From Candidatus Poribacteria bacterium (GTDB lineage Bacteria; Poribacteria; WGA-4E; WGA-3G), in NCBI GenBank assembly GCA_963663765.2, contig CAXXUA010000013.1, forward strand, positions 696,396-760,395: DNA of 64,000 bases, written 5' to 3'. The notes under the pieces are model-generated. The model was not told the DNA's origin. It did no database searches and saw only the letters and a program-made list of their open reading frames with translations. Below, piece after piece: positions 48,719 through 58,214 of the stretch (positions within the stretch are counted from its first letter, which is position 1; every line of letters starts with the position of its first letter). Made by a program: the position numbers and the translations under genes.

Positions 48719-50110
48719 CTAATCACCCTCTTTAAAGTCTTGACTCTGTAGCCCATAGCTTTGCATTCTGTGTTGTAGTTGGCGGCGAGTTATACCTAAT
48801 AATTCTGCTGCTTTAGTTTGTGTACCATTCGTTTTTGTTAATGCTGCACATACATATTCCTTGATTATCTCATCCAAAGAAACTCCTTCTTCTGGGATAC
48901 CAATATCCAATTCTGTTGTTGGCAATGACGCATCCAAAATATCGGGCGGTAGATCGTCTAAGTCAATTGATGTGTTTTCTGATAAGACATAGATACGATG
49001 TAAGTGGTTTTCTAATTGACGCACATTACCGGGCCATCCATAACGACAGAGTGCTGACATTGCACGGGATGTAACCTGTTTGGGAACAGCATCCACATAT
49101 TCTTCACTGAATTTTCTTATCAAGAAATTAACGAGGGGTGGAATATGATCAACGCGTTCCCTTAATGGTGGAATATGCAACGGTATGACATTCAAACGAA
49201 AATAGAGGTCTGACCGAAAAGTACCATCTTTAACCGCTTCAACCAGATTTTTGTTCGTTGCAGCAAGAACACAGACATCAATCTTTATATTTTGCGTGCC
49301 ACCAACCCTACGAATTTCATGTTTTTCCAAGACATGCAAAAGAGTACTTTGCATTTGGATAGAAATGTCTCCGATTTCATCAAGAAATAACGTGCCTGTA
49401 TTAGCAATTTCAAAGATGCCTTTTTTCTGTTGTGCTGCATCTGTGAATGCACCCTTTTCATGGCCGAATAGCTCGCTTTCAATCAAAGTTTCAGCAATTG
49501 CTCCACAATTGATTGACACAAACGGACGGTCTTTACGGCTTCCAAATTCATGTAGTGCTTTCGCAACAAGACTCTTTCCGCTGCCTGTTTCGCCTGTGAT
49601 CAAGACTTGTCTGACCCCACGGTGAATGATTCGCGACATATTCTTGAAGAGTTGCTGCATCTTTTCACTTTCACCGACTATATTATCAAACTGCACATCA
49701 GGGGACATATTGTTTGGATCCGGTTCACCTTCATTCAATAGACCGCGAACTTGCAATGCACGATTTACCTCACGTTTTAAGACATCTATCTGAATTGGTT
49801 TTTCAAGATAGTAGAACGCACCTTCATGTGCAACAAGGTCCACAGCATCATTGATTTCAGCGAAAGCAGTAATAATCAAAACCGGTAATTCAGGATCAAT
49901 CTTTTTGATTTCTCTTAGAAGATCACGTCCGGCAAACCGTGAGGACATCCACATATCACTGATAACGACATCAAACATCTGTTGTTTTACCATTTCAAGT
50001 GCAGCGGAACTATCTTCAACCGACGTAACGTCGTATCCTTCTCGTTGTAAGATACGTTGTAAAATGGTCAGTTGTGCTTGGTCATCGTCGACTATCAAAA
50101 TTGCTGGCAT
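48719..50110 (-). CDS. Sigma-54-dependent response regulator (NtrC/AtoC family)
   Basis: REC domain, GETGSGKS, GAFTDA, WPGNVRQL, Fis-type HTH. Confidence 0.95.
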   Translation of the reverse strand: MPAILIVDDDQAQLTILQRILQREGYDVTSVEDSSAALEMVKQQMFDVVISDMWMSSRFAGRDLLREIKKIDPELPVLIITAFAEINDAVDLVAHEGAFYYLEKPIQIDVLKREVNRALQVRGLLNEGEPDPNNMSPDVQFDNIVGESEKMQQLFKNMSRIIHRGVRQVLITGETGSGKSLVAKALHEFGSRKDRPFVSINCGAIAETLIESELFGHEKGAFTDAAQQKKGIFEIANTGTLFLDEIGDISIQMQSTLLHVLEKHEIRRVGGTQNIKIDVCVLAATNKNLVEAVKDGTFRSDLYFRLNVIPLHIPPLRERVDHIPPLVNFLIRKFSEEYVDAVPKQVTSRAMSALCRYGWPGNVRQLENHLHRIYVLSENTSIDLDDLPPDILDASLPTTELDIGIPEEGVSLDEIIKEYVCAALTKTNGTQTKAAELLGITRRQLQHRMQSYGLQSQDFKEGD

Positions 50111-50133
50111 CTATTTTTCCTCTCAAGCTATTT

Positions 50134-51945
50134 TTACACAACACTTCTTTCAGGAAAAGTGATCTTAAATGCTGTGCCCATTCCTATTTTGCTCCTGACT
50201 TCCACTCTGCCTTGATGTGCTGTGATGATCTGGTGTGAAACTGCAAGTCCAAGACCAACACCACCTTCATCCTCTTTTGTTGTAAAATATGCATCGTAGA
50301 TCCGTTCTTGGTTTTCTTCTGGAATACCGATGCCCGTATCCCGAATTTCTAATTCAACATTCGTATCAGTATTTGTCTCCTCAATGGATGTCGTTAGATA
50401 AATACTGCCACCTTTCGGTAACGCTTGAATACTGTTTTGAACAAAGTTAAAGATCGTCTGACGCATTAACATCTCGTCTAACTGTAACACTGGTAACTTT
50501 GCTTCGTAGTTTTTTATGATATCAATACTGGCTTCGTCAGCAATCAAGATAAACTCGGAGAGTACGGAATCTATAAGGTCATTGAGATTCACCGGTACTA
50601 AGTCAAGCTTTCGTGGTCTATTTAGAGTCAGAAACTGTTCAGATGTCTGTTTTAAGTCCACGATTTTTTCATCAACGATGTCTAATAACTCTATTGCTTC
50701 TTTAATGTCATCCTGTGTAATATCGGGATGTGAGAAAATCGATTTCAGGTGCTGTGCAGTCATCCCGATTGAATTCAGCGGATTTCGTATTTCATGAGCA
50801 ACGCCAGCTGCAAATTGTCCTAAAGCAGCAATCTTTCTTGAGTGTGAAGACTCCAATTGAATAAACATTCGCAACAGATTTCGTGTGGCTTTGCTGATTT
50901 CATCTGTGCCAAAAGATTGTTGCAAATAAGTTGATAGATTTTTTGTTTCCGCGTTTTGAATGATGTCAGTCATCCTTGAAAGCGGCTTCATAATCAACTT
51001 GTTCGTTGTCAAATCAATTAGTATAACTAACAAGACACCAACAATGACTATGAGAATCGCATGCATTAATAGTGAGGAATGGATTGTTTTTTGAATAAAG
51101 GGAACATCAAACAACACTTGAATATACCCACTATTAGTATCTGCCATGTGAATCCAGAAATCCTCGTCCCCCTGCCATAAAACATAATTGTGACCGTTCA
51201 CTGAATCCGTAATTCGCCATTTGTTTTCGTCTTCATCTATACTCACTGTTGCATCTGGAGATAGATATATTTTGTTAGCAATAAACATCCGCCATAGCTC
51301 AAAAGGAAACTTACCTTGGTTAAGTCCTGTTTGGAATCTGTTTTCAGGTGTAATACCCTCAATTTTCACAGAAGCATTCCTTGGAATATCAATACCCTTT
51401 GCCATCAACATACGCCAGAAATCACTTGGTATATCTTCTACAGTTGAGGTATCTTGTGATTGGAGTTCAGGAGCTATTAATCGTTTCGGTGGAATTGAGT
51501 ATTCTATAGTAAGGGTTGTGGTATCTTCACCTTCCAATATTTCTATTTTTGCACCTTTAGTTCTAATGTCAAACTTATCAGTATCAGTCAGGTGAATATT
51601 GTTGTGTGTTTCCATTGAGATCAAACTTGAACGAACACGTTTGTCACCGTAAGAAATCTGGACATCTACTACATTTTCCATATCCGGCTGTATCTGTTTT
51701 AGATTAGAAATTATTTGGTTGATTCGATCAGGATTAAATGCTTGTCTTGTAGTGAGTTCTGAAACAACTTCTTTTTGAATAGAGTTTTCAACGATGACCT
51801 TTAATGTAGCGCCTTGCTCGGAACTTAGGGCATGCAGGGTACTAATCTCTCTGCGCATTCGGACACTGTCAAAAAAATAGAATGCGACAAGTACAGCAAT
51901 CACCATTAGGTTGATTATTAAAGCGTATTTCCACTGCAGACGCAT
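50134..51945 (-). CDS. Membrane sensor histidine kinase
   Basis: Two TM helices, HAMP, AHEIRNPL, DTGIGI, GVGLGL. Confidence 0.93.
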   Translation of the reverse strand: MRLQWKYALIINLMVIAVLVAFYFFDSVRMRREISTLHALSSEQGATLKVIVENSIQKEVVSELTTRQAFNPDRINQIISNLKQIQPDMENVVDVQISYGDKRVRSSLISMETHNNIHLTDTDKFDIRTKGAKIEILEGEDTTTLTIEYSIPPKRLIAPELQSQDTSTVEDIPSDFWRMLMAKGIDIPRNASVKIEGITPENRFQTGLNQGKFPFELWRMFIANKIYLSPDATVSIDEDENKWRITDSVNGHNYVLWQGDEDFWIHMADTNSGYIQVLFDVPFIQKTIHSSLLMHAILIVIVGVLLVILIDLTTNKLIMKPLSRMTDIIQNAETKNLSTYLQQSFGTDEISKATRNLLRMFIQLESSHSRKIAALGQFAAGVAHEIRNPLNSIGMTAQHLKSIFSHPDITQDDIKEAIELLDIVDEKIVDLKQTSEQFLTLNRPRKLDLVPVNLNDLIDSVLSEFILIADEASIDIIKNYEAKLPVLQLDEMLMRQTIFNFVQNSIQALPKGGSIYLTTSIEETNTDTNVELEIRDTGIGIPEENQERIYDAYFTTKEDEGGVGLGLAVSHQIITAHQGRVEVRSKIGMGTAFKITFPERSVV

Positions 51946-51965
51946 AACTATTCTCCGTATGCAGA

Positions 51966-53447
51966 TCAGGTTAACTTATTTATTATGTCCTGCCATTTTT
52001 CCAATTTTGCGTTGCGAAGTTGCGTATCCATCTGCGGTGAAAAGACTGAATCAATTTCTCTTATTTTTTTGATTTCATCCACATTCTGCCAGATGCCAGT
52101 TGCAATTCCAGCGAGAAATGCTGCACCGAGTCCTGTTGTCTCAACCTGAGTCGGACGTTCCACCTCAATTCCTAATATATCTGCTTGAAATTGCATTAGG
52201 AAATTGTTTGAGGCTGCACCGCCATCAACCCTCAATCGTCTAATAGGTATGCCAGAATCGTCCATCATGACTTTTACCACATCTGCTGACTGATAAGCAA
52301 TTGATTCCAATGTAGCCCGAACAATATGCTCTTTGGTTGTTCCTCGGGTTAATCCAAAGATTACGCCTTTTGCTTCAGGTTTCCAATATGGTGCGCCGAG
52401 ACCCGTAAATGCGGGGACAACGATGACTCCATCTGCATCATTCACACTGGTTGCAATGTTCTCAGTTTCTGCTGCTGATTCTATAATTTGTAATCCATCT
52501 CTTAGCCATTGAACCGCAGCACCTGCAATAAATACGCTTCCTTCCAACGCATATTGTGGTTCTTCGTCTTGACTACAAGCAAGTGTTGTCAACAAACCTG
52601 ATTGAGATTCTACCCTTTCCAAACCTGTATTCAGCATCAGAAAACACCCAGTACCATAGGTATTCTTCACCATCCCTTTCTGCCAACATAACTGCCCAAA
52701 AAGTGCTGATTGTTGATCACCTACCACTCCAGTAATTGGTATACCATCTAAATCTGGTAAGTTTGTTTTTCCATAAACAGAAGCGGATGGTAAGACTTCA
52801 GGTAGAATTGACTTCGGGACATTAAAGATGTCTAATAGTTCATCATCCCAAGAAAGTGTGTCAATGTTAAATAATAAAGTCCTTGAAGCATTTGTGTAAT
52901 CCGTTTGATGTAGAGAACCTTTTGTCAATTTCCATAGAAGCCAACTGTCAATAGTTCCAAAAGCAAGTTCACCGCGGTTTGCTTTATCCCTTGCTCCATC
53001 AACAGTGTCCAGAATCCAAGCAATCTTTGTTGCAGAAAAATACGGATCTATCACGAGTCCTGTTTTACGCTTTACCTGAGTTGCGATAGATTCTTGTGAT
53101 TTAAGCTTGTTACACACATCAGCTGTTCTTCTACATTGCCACACGATTGCTGGATAGATTGGTGTTCCGGTCTTACGTTCCCATACGACTGTCGTTTCAC
53201 GTTGGTTAGTTATCCCAATTGAGGCAATACTATTTTTGCTATCAATACTTGGCAGAATCTCCAATATAGCATTGTATGTAGCTATCCATATCTTATCAGG
53301 GTCATGTTCTACCCATCCTGGTTGTGGGTAATACTGTTTGAATTCTTGGTATGCCTTTCGTACAATGTGTCCTTGTGAATCAACAAGTAGTATCGTCGTC
53401 CGGGTTGTGCCTTGATCTATTGAGAGAATGTAGGTGGAACTTGGCAT
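51966..53447 (-). CDS. glpK: Glycerol kinase
   Basis: DQGTT, GITNQRET, TDYTNASRT, GDQQSALFGQ, KNTYGTG. Confidence 0.96.
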   Translation of the reverse strand: MPSSTYILSIDQGTTRTTILLVDSQGHIVRKAYQEFKQYYPQPGWVEHDPDKIWIATYNAILEILPSIDSKNSIASIGITNQRETTVVWERKTGTPIYPAIVWQCRRTADVCNKLKSQESIATQVKRKTGLVIDPYFSATKIAWILDTVDGARDKANRGELAFGTIDSWLLWKLTKGSLHQTDYTNASRTLLFNIDTLSWDDELLDIFNVPKSILPEVLPSASVYGKTNLPDLDGIPITGVVGDQQSALFGQLCWQKGMVKNTYGTGCFLMLNTGLERVESQSGLLTTLACSQDEEPQYALEGSVFIAGAAVQWLRDGLQIIESAAETENIATSVNDADGVIVVPAFTGLGAPYWKPEAKGVIFGLTRGTTKEHIVRATLESIAYQSADVVKVMMDDSGIPIRRLRVDGGAASNNFLMQFQADILGIEVERPTQVETTGLGAAFLAGIATGIWQNVDEIKKIREIDSVFSPQMDTQLRNAKLEKWQDIINKLT

Positions 53448-53460
53448 AATATTTCAGATG

Positions 53461-55650
53461 TTAATTGAAAATTCCACGAAGGAAAGATGCGACTGGATTG
53501 CCTTTTATGTCAAAGTGTACATATACTCTGTTTCCAAGTTCGTCAATAACATGTAATTCAATCATATTGTCAACATGGTTAGGACGATCGAATGCAACTG
53601 TTGCCTTTTTCTCACCATTTAATGTCAAGACATCATGTATACCGTAAGAGCTTCCACTAAATCCATTTTTGTATTCTGTTTTGTTATTTGAGGTGTCTTT
53701 TTGCTTGATATTTTCTGGTGAATATTTTGGGGTAGGACGTACTAATAAACGAACCTGAGAAATCCCGTCAGCATCTTCCACTTGAAATCTAACTTTGCCC
53801 ATGGATGGTGAGAGTTTCTCTATTTTGGTCATATCATCAAAAAAGGTTTCTTCAGAATTAAAATACAGACATTTATTTAACCATTCAGCACTGTTCTTTG
53901 ATAAACGTTGAGACTTTTTTTCATAAGACATTAAATAAGATGGGTGTCTGTAATCAAGGGTTAAACCGAATAACTTTGCGAATTTTAAAACAACGGTATC
54001 TATTGAATATTCGTTGAGTGGTTTTCTCAATACTATCTCACTACCTTGTTCTCGGAAAACAATATTTCGTGCTTCCATTCTAAGACGTTTAAGATGTGCT
54101 TCTAAATTTTCGAAATCTTGTACTATTTTATGTATTTCTTTATCTTGTACTAACTTATGTCTCGTTTTCTTAACCTCATCAGTAGTAAGTGTTTTTTCAT
54201 TTCCTATGTCTACGACGATAAGAAATATATTGTTTTTTGTCCCAAAATGTTGTTCAATTTCTTTCATTACTCTTGAATCGGTGGTTTTACGATAATACAC
54301 ATCATCTGATATGCCTTCTAATAGAAATACCTTTGCTGTACCGTCTTCATTTTTTTCGTATTCAAATGATTTTCTACCGAAGCCGTTTCGTTCCATTTCA
54401 TCAGCAAAATAAGTTTGAACTTCTCTCAATATATTATCTATTTTCTCTGTTATTACTGTCTGAGGCATTCGGTTAGTGGGTAAGAAATAAATCGGTACAA
54501 CGACATTTTGGGTATGACTTTGTATTGTAGGTAAATAGTTTTTTATATCCCACAAACGGATAATACCTTCATTGTCGCCACCCGCAACATATCTTGAATC
54601 TGTAGAAATATCAACACAATTAGTCCAACGTGAAAAACCTTCTATTGAGGCGTAACGGCTACCTTTTTTCACAGACCAAAATTCGATCTCGTTAGTACCA
54701 CCGCTGATAATTGTGTTACCATCCCTTGTTAATACAAAATCATTGACATATCCAACAGAAATCGTAGTATCGTTTTCCCAATTTGGTGGATGATATAGTT
54801 TGATACCGTAATCATTATCTGCGATTGCAAGTATAGGATTCTTAAGATTGGGAAGAAACTGCATTACCTCTATCCGTCCTACTTTTTTATGTATTGCATC
54901 AAAACTACTTTTCTTGTGGGCTTGATTGTCAGAAATCTCCCAAATGTTAACTATATCATCTATTGATTCTATCGTTGCCAATAGTGAGCCATCAACAGAA
55001 AATGTATGGTCATATTGTATGTCTTTACTCTCCAGCTTGAACGCTTGTATAGGTATAGCTGGGTTACTAACATCCCAAAATTCCAAACCATTCGTCTCAA
55101 CCGATAAGTGTTTACCGTTTGGTGAGAAGGTTACATTAAAACCTAAAGCACGGATAGAACTAACAAACTTTTTCTCTACAATACTCCATAGCCTCACAGG
55201 TTCTTCAAAACTATTCATGTCAGAGATGGCAAGCATTTTTCCATCTGGTGAAATTGATACGGAGTCACCATGGAATTCTGTAATTGGATTAGCAGAATTG
55301 TTGATATCCCACAGTTTGATGTTTTTTTCAGTCTTTGAATAACTATTCAAACTAACAATTAAATTTGGATTTGTAGGAGAAAATGCAACTTTGTTAAGGT
55401 AATCACCATGGGAAAATTCTGCAATTAGTTCAGGTTTTGCTGGAACAGATGCAAAATTCTGCCGGATTTCAATTGGTATCTCATCAGTACGGGGAATTCG
55501 TTGTGGCGGCTGATCTCTTTTGGAAAAGTACTCGTCAATCGCTTGCTGTGAATCGTTAGCTCGTTCTTTTATGTAGTGCGTCAAAAGTACTATAAAGAAA
55601 AGTATTCCAATTCCTATCAATAATAGTAATAAAAAAACTCTAAATTTCAT
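53461..55650 (-). CDS. Membrane-anchored WD40-repeat protein with degenerate metallopeptidase-like C-terminal domain
   Basis: Repeated FSP.G / IKLWD / IRLWD blades; YFLPTNR...VQTYFADEMERNGFG and FGL..D....YLMSY without HEXXH. Confidence 0.75.
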   Translation of the reverse strand: MKFRVFLLLLLIGIGILFFIVLLTHYIKERANDSQQAIDEYFSKRDQPPQRIPRTDEIPIEIRQNFASVPAKPELIAEFSHGDYLNKVAFSPTNPNLIVSLNSYSKTEKNIKLWDINNSANPITEFHGDSVSISPDGKMLAISDMNSFEEPVRLWSIVEKKFVSSIRALGFNVTFSPNGKHLSVETNGLEFWDVSNPAIPIQAFKLESKDIQYDHTFSVDGSLLATIESIDDIVNIWEISDNQAHKKSSFDAIHKKVGRIEVMQFLPNLKNPILAIADNDYGIKLYHPPNWENDTTISVGYVNDFVLTRDGNTIISGGTNEIEFWSVKKGSRYASIEGFSRWTNCVDISTDSRYVAGGDNEGIIRLWDIKNYLPTIQSHTQNVVVPIYFLPTNRMPQTVITEKIDNILREVQTYFADEMERNGFGRKSFEYEKNEDGTAKVFLLEGISDDVYYRKTTDSRVMKEIEQHFGTKNNIFLIVVDIGNEKTLTTDEVKKTRHKLVQDKEIHKIVQDFENLEAHLKRLRMEARNIVFREQGSEIVLRKPLNEYSIDTVVLKFAKLFGLTLDYRHPSYLMSYEKKSQRLSKNSAEWLNKCLYFNSEETFFDDMTKIEKLSPSMGKVRFQVEDADGISQVRLLVRPTPKYSPENIKQKDTSNNKTEYKNGFSGSSYGIHDVLTLNGEKKATVAFDRPNHVDNMIELHVIDELGNRVYVHFDIKGNPVASFLRGIFN

Positions 55651-55817
55651 ATTTTTGTCCTATGATCAAGTTTTAACTCAAATGATGAGATAGTGGTGCC
55701 TCATACCCAAGTAATTTAATCTTGTAGGATCTTCTTAGAGAATAACATATTTATTAACAGAACTTGCGCACCATTATATTCTAAATTGCTTTTAATTGCA
55801 ATACTATTGGCTTATTG

Positions 55818-56000
55818 GAGTGTGTAAAGTATTGGTTACTGTGCCGTAGGGGCGGGGTCTCCCCGCCCGTATAGAGGTTAATGCGGGCGAGGTAACCTCG
55901 CCCCTACGATGTCCAAAGTTCCCTAACGTCAAGTAAGCTTTAATAGAAACTGGACGTACTTCTTTTAAAATCTGGGTTTCTACAAAAACTTTACACACCC
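55818..56000. mobile_element. 183-bp MITE, G(A/G)GTGTGTAAAGT TIR, 9-bp TSD (tandem unit 1)
   Basis: GGCTTATTG at 55809-55817 and 56001-56009; REP doublet GTAGGGGCGGGG...CGCCCCTAC. Confidence 0.88.
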
Positions 56001-56009
56001 GGCTTATTG

Positions 56010-56361
56010 GAGTGTGTAAAGTGTTGGTTACTGTGCGTAGGGGCGGGGTCTCCCCGCCCGAACAGAGGCTTTATGCAGTCGAGGAAACCCCGCCCATACG
56101 ATGTCCACAGTCCCCTAACGTCAAGCAAGCTTTGATAGAAACTTTAGATACTTCTTTTATAGTGAAATATACAATTAAGTTTACACTTCTTCTGTAGGTG
56201 GGGAATGCCAATAGGCATTCATACCGTTGATTGCGATCTCCGAATCGCGACTGAACGCTTTGATAGTCGGGAATCGGAGTTCCCTCCTACACCTGAAAGT
56301 GTAAAAAATAATTCTAAAATCTACTATAATATCAGGGTTTCTACAAAAACTTTACACACCC
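56010..56361. mobile_element. Tandem unit 2 of the same MITE with a nested insertion
   Basis: Followed by GGCTTAATG 56362-56370; 183 bp after removing the nested element and one TA. Confidence 0.88.
56160..56326. mobile_element. 167-bp TA-flanked MITE nested in unit 2
   Basis: TA|TAGTGAAAT...AATCTACTA|TA; empty site matches unit 1. Confidence 0.88.
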
Positions 56362-56372
56362 GGCTTAATGGA

Positions 56373-56503
56373 CAGGGTTATTCAATTGTCACTATACATC
56401 TTTGTGGAGGGGGTTGTAACCCGAATTTGTTATGATGGTTCTTTGAAATCGGGGTTACAAACCCCTCCCAAAAGAGTCCATATCGGACAATTGAATACCT
56501 CTG
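56373..56503. mobile_element. MITE with CAG..TATTCAATTGTC TIRs and GTGG-type REP doublet
   Basis: CAGGGTTATTCAATTGTC / GACAATTGAATACCTCTG; no TSD seen. Confidence 0.7.
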
Positions 56504-56518
56504 GCTGTGAACTCTGTT

Positions 56519-56910
56519 CCAATCGTGGAATATTTTAGTTGTTTTTTACGTGTTTTTTGTGTTTTTTGTGTTTTTTTCAGAAGTGTTTTCGATCCTGTTG
56601 TGGCGTGGGTTTATGAAGATTTTACGTATTTACGCAATTTAGAAAAAAACAACTAAATGGATTTTTTATCGTTTTTTTATAGTGTATTTTTGTATCTGTT
56701 TTGGGCTTGCAAGCAGCATTTTTGTTCTTTGATTTGTCTGGCTGTGATTTTGGCGCGCCTTGTTTGTATTAGACTAAAAGTTTGGATTTCATTTATGTGT
56801 ATGGGTTATAGTATACCTTATGGTGGTGTGGGTATGTTGTGTTTTTATTTTGAGAACAATAGATATCTTGTATAATCTATTGGGATTCTATTGTTGAAAT
56901 GTACTTCCTG
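56519..56910 (+). repeat. Longest copy of the T-rich dispersed repeat
   Basis: Blocks shared with 33200-33328, 41640-41870 and 19550-19603. Confidence 0.7.
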
Positions 56911-57063
56911 AAGAATATTGACGTTCAAGTTGGGTATTTGTAGGGGTGTGACCGTCATGCCCAATCTACGAGAATTCACAAACTAAACGGGTTGGGAAAT
57001 GATGAATAATTTATTAATTCGGTAATAAATATTTCTCACATGGCAATACCTTCGCCAATAATA

Positions 57064-57422
57064 CAAGGTTATTTAGTTTTAAGAGTTTTCTGTTATTGAG
57101 ATTTACTGAAAGTTAATACCCAGGTTCGGTTTCCTATTCGAATTTTCTGCATAAGTTTTAGATTATTGAAACATGAACATCGCTCTTTAGTCCCGTAGGG
57201 ACGATATGTTTATAGAAAACGAATACCCTCCACAACTCTTTAGTCCCGTAGGGACGATATGTTTATTCTTCTATGTCGTTCCTACGGAACTCAAGAGGGG
57301 TGGAAAACATTTTCTATAAACATATCGTCCCTACGGGACTAAAGAACTGGACAAGATGGTACCCCATAAATTTAACGACATAGCAAAATAATATCAAAAA
57401 TATTGAAAACTAAATAACCCTG
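57064..57422. mobile_element. 359-bp MITE, inverted copy of 41952-42311, 10-bp TSD
   Basis: GCCAATAATA at 57054-57063 and 57423-57432. Confidence 0.9.
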
Positions 57423-57617
57423 GCCAATAATAGACATTCTGCCAGATTGTGCGGACAGTTGTAGCACATTCTGACAGATTGCGCATATAAATTATTCTGA
57501 CAGATTGCTGATATAGTCATTTCTATTGTCAAATTAGACGCTATGATAAATAAAAATACTTCAACGAAAACCTGAAGTTATTTTTATTTATGTAATCCTA
57601 ACAATATCACAGAGCAA

Positions 57618-57955
57618 TGGTAGATCATCACTATATACTCATTCAATTGAAACACTCAAAAATGGCGAAGGTATTGACATGGTAGACGTGCTTTGTAAGC
57701 GCGCTGTTAGGATTTGATGTGCCAACGCGCTTACAAAGCACGTCTACAAGGATGGGTTTGAATTACCTAATTTAATTATTAATCTTCATAATGGCATACA
57801 TACCGTTGATTTGGTGCTTTGTAAGCGCGCTGGAAACCTATAAGAATGTTGATAATTACTTCATTTTCAGCAGTTTTCTTGACTAAATCAAGAAAACTGC
57901 GTAAGTCCTGAACAGTATGAATGCCTTTTAGTATTCCCCGAGTCGTTCCTACCTT
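57618..57955. repeat. MITE/REP mosaic
   Basis: REP doublet GTAGACGTGCTTTGTAAGCGCG...CGCGCTTACAAAGCACGTCTAC; right half of the CAGGACTTACGCA MITE ending 57910; micro-element copies. Confidence 0.7.
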
Positions 57956-58024
57956 AACAAAATCCTATGATAGAATGTAGGCTTAATCAACAATTGAATT
58001 CCTTTGAGAAAAAAAGATTTTATG

Positions 58025-58054
58025 TTGACGTATTTATGACTTATATGATATTAT
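58025..58054 (+). promoter_or_regulatory. Probable sigma70 promoter of the S55 operon
   Basis: TTGACG-18 nt-TATTAT with extended TG. Confidence 0.55.
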
Positions 58055-58214
58055 ATAACTATTAAAAATATGGGTTCTATGTGTTAAATGAAACTTGTGG
58101 GTTGAGAAATTGATATCTATATGCTGATTTTAGGCAAAACATACTAATAAGCATAGAATCTTCATTTTGTTATGCATTCTAATTCGACTTTAATAAGAAA
58201 AAAGGAGTATAATT

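Noticed and set aside
55809-56370. CRISPR-like repeat-spacer pattern
   Set aside because: The spacers are homologous 183-bp MITEs, the repeats are 9-bp TSDs plus TIRs, and no cas genes are present
57434-57510. Three ATTCTG(A/C)CAGATTG direct repeats as a mini-CRISPR or iterons
   Set aside because: Only ~14 bp, irregular 32 and 26 bp periods, no rep or cas gene; left unexplained
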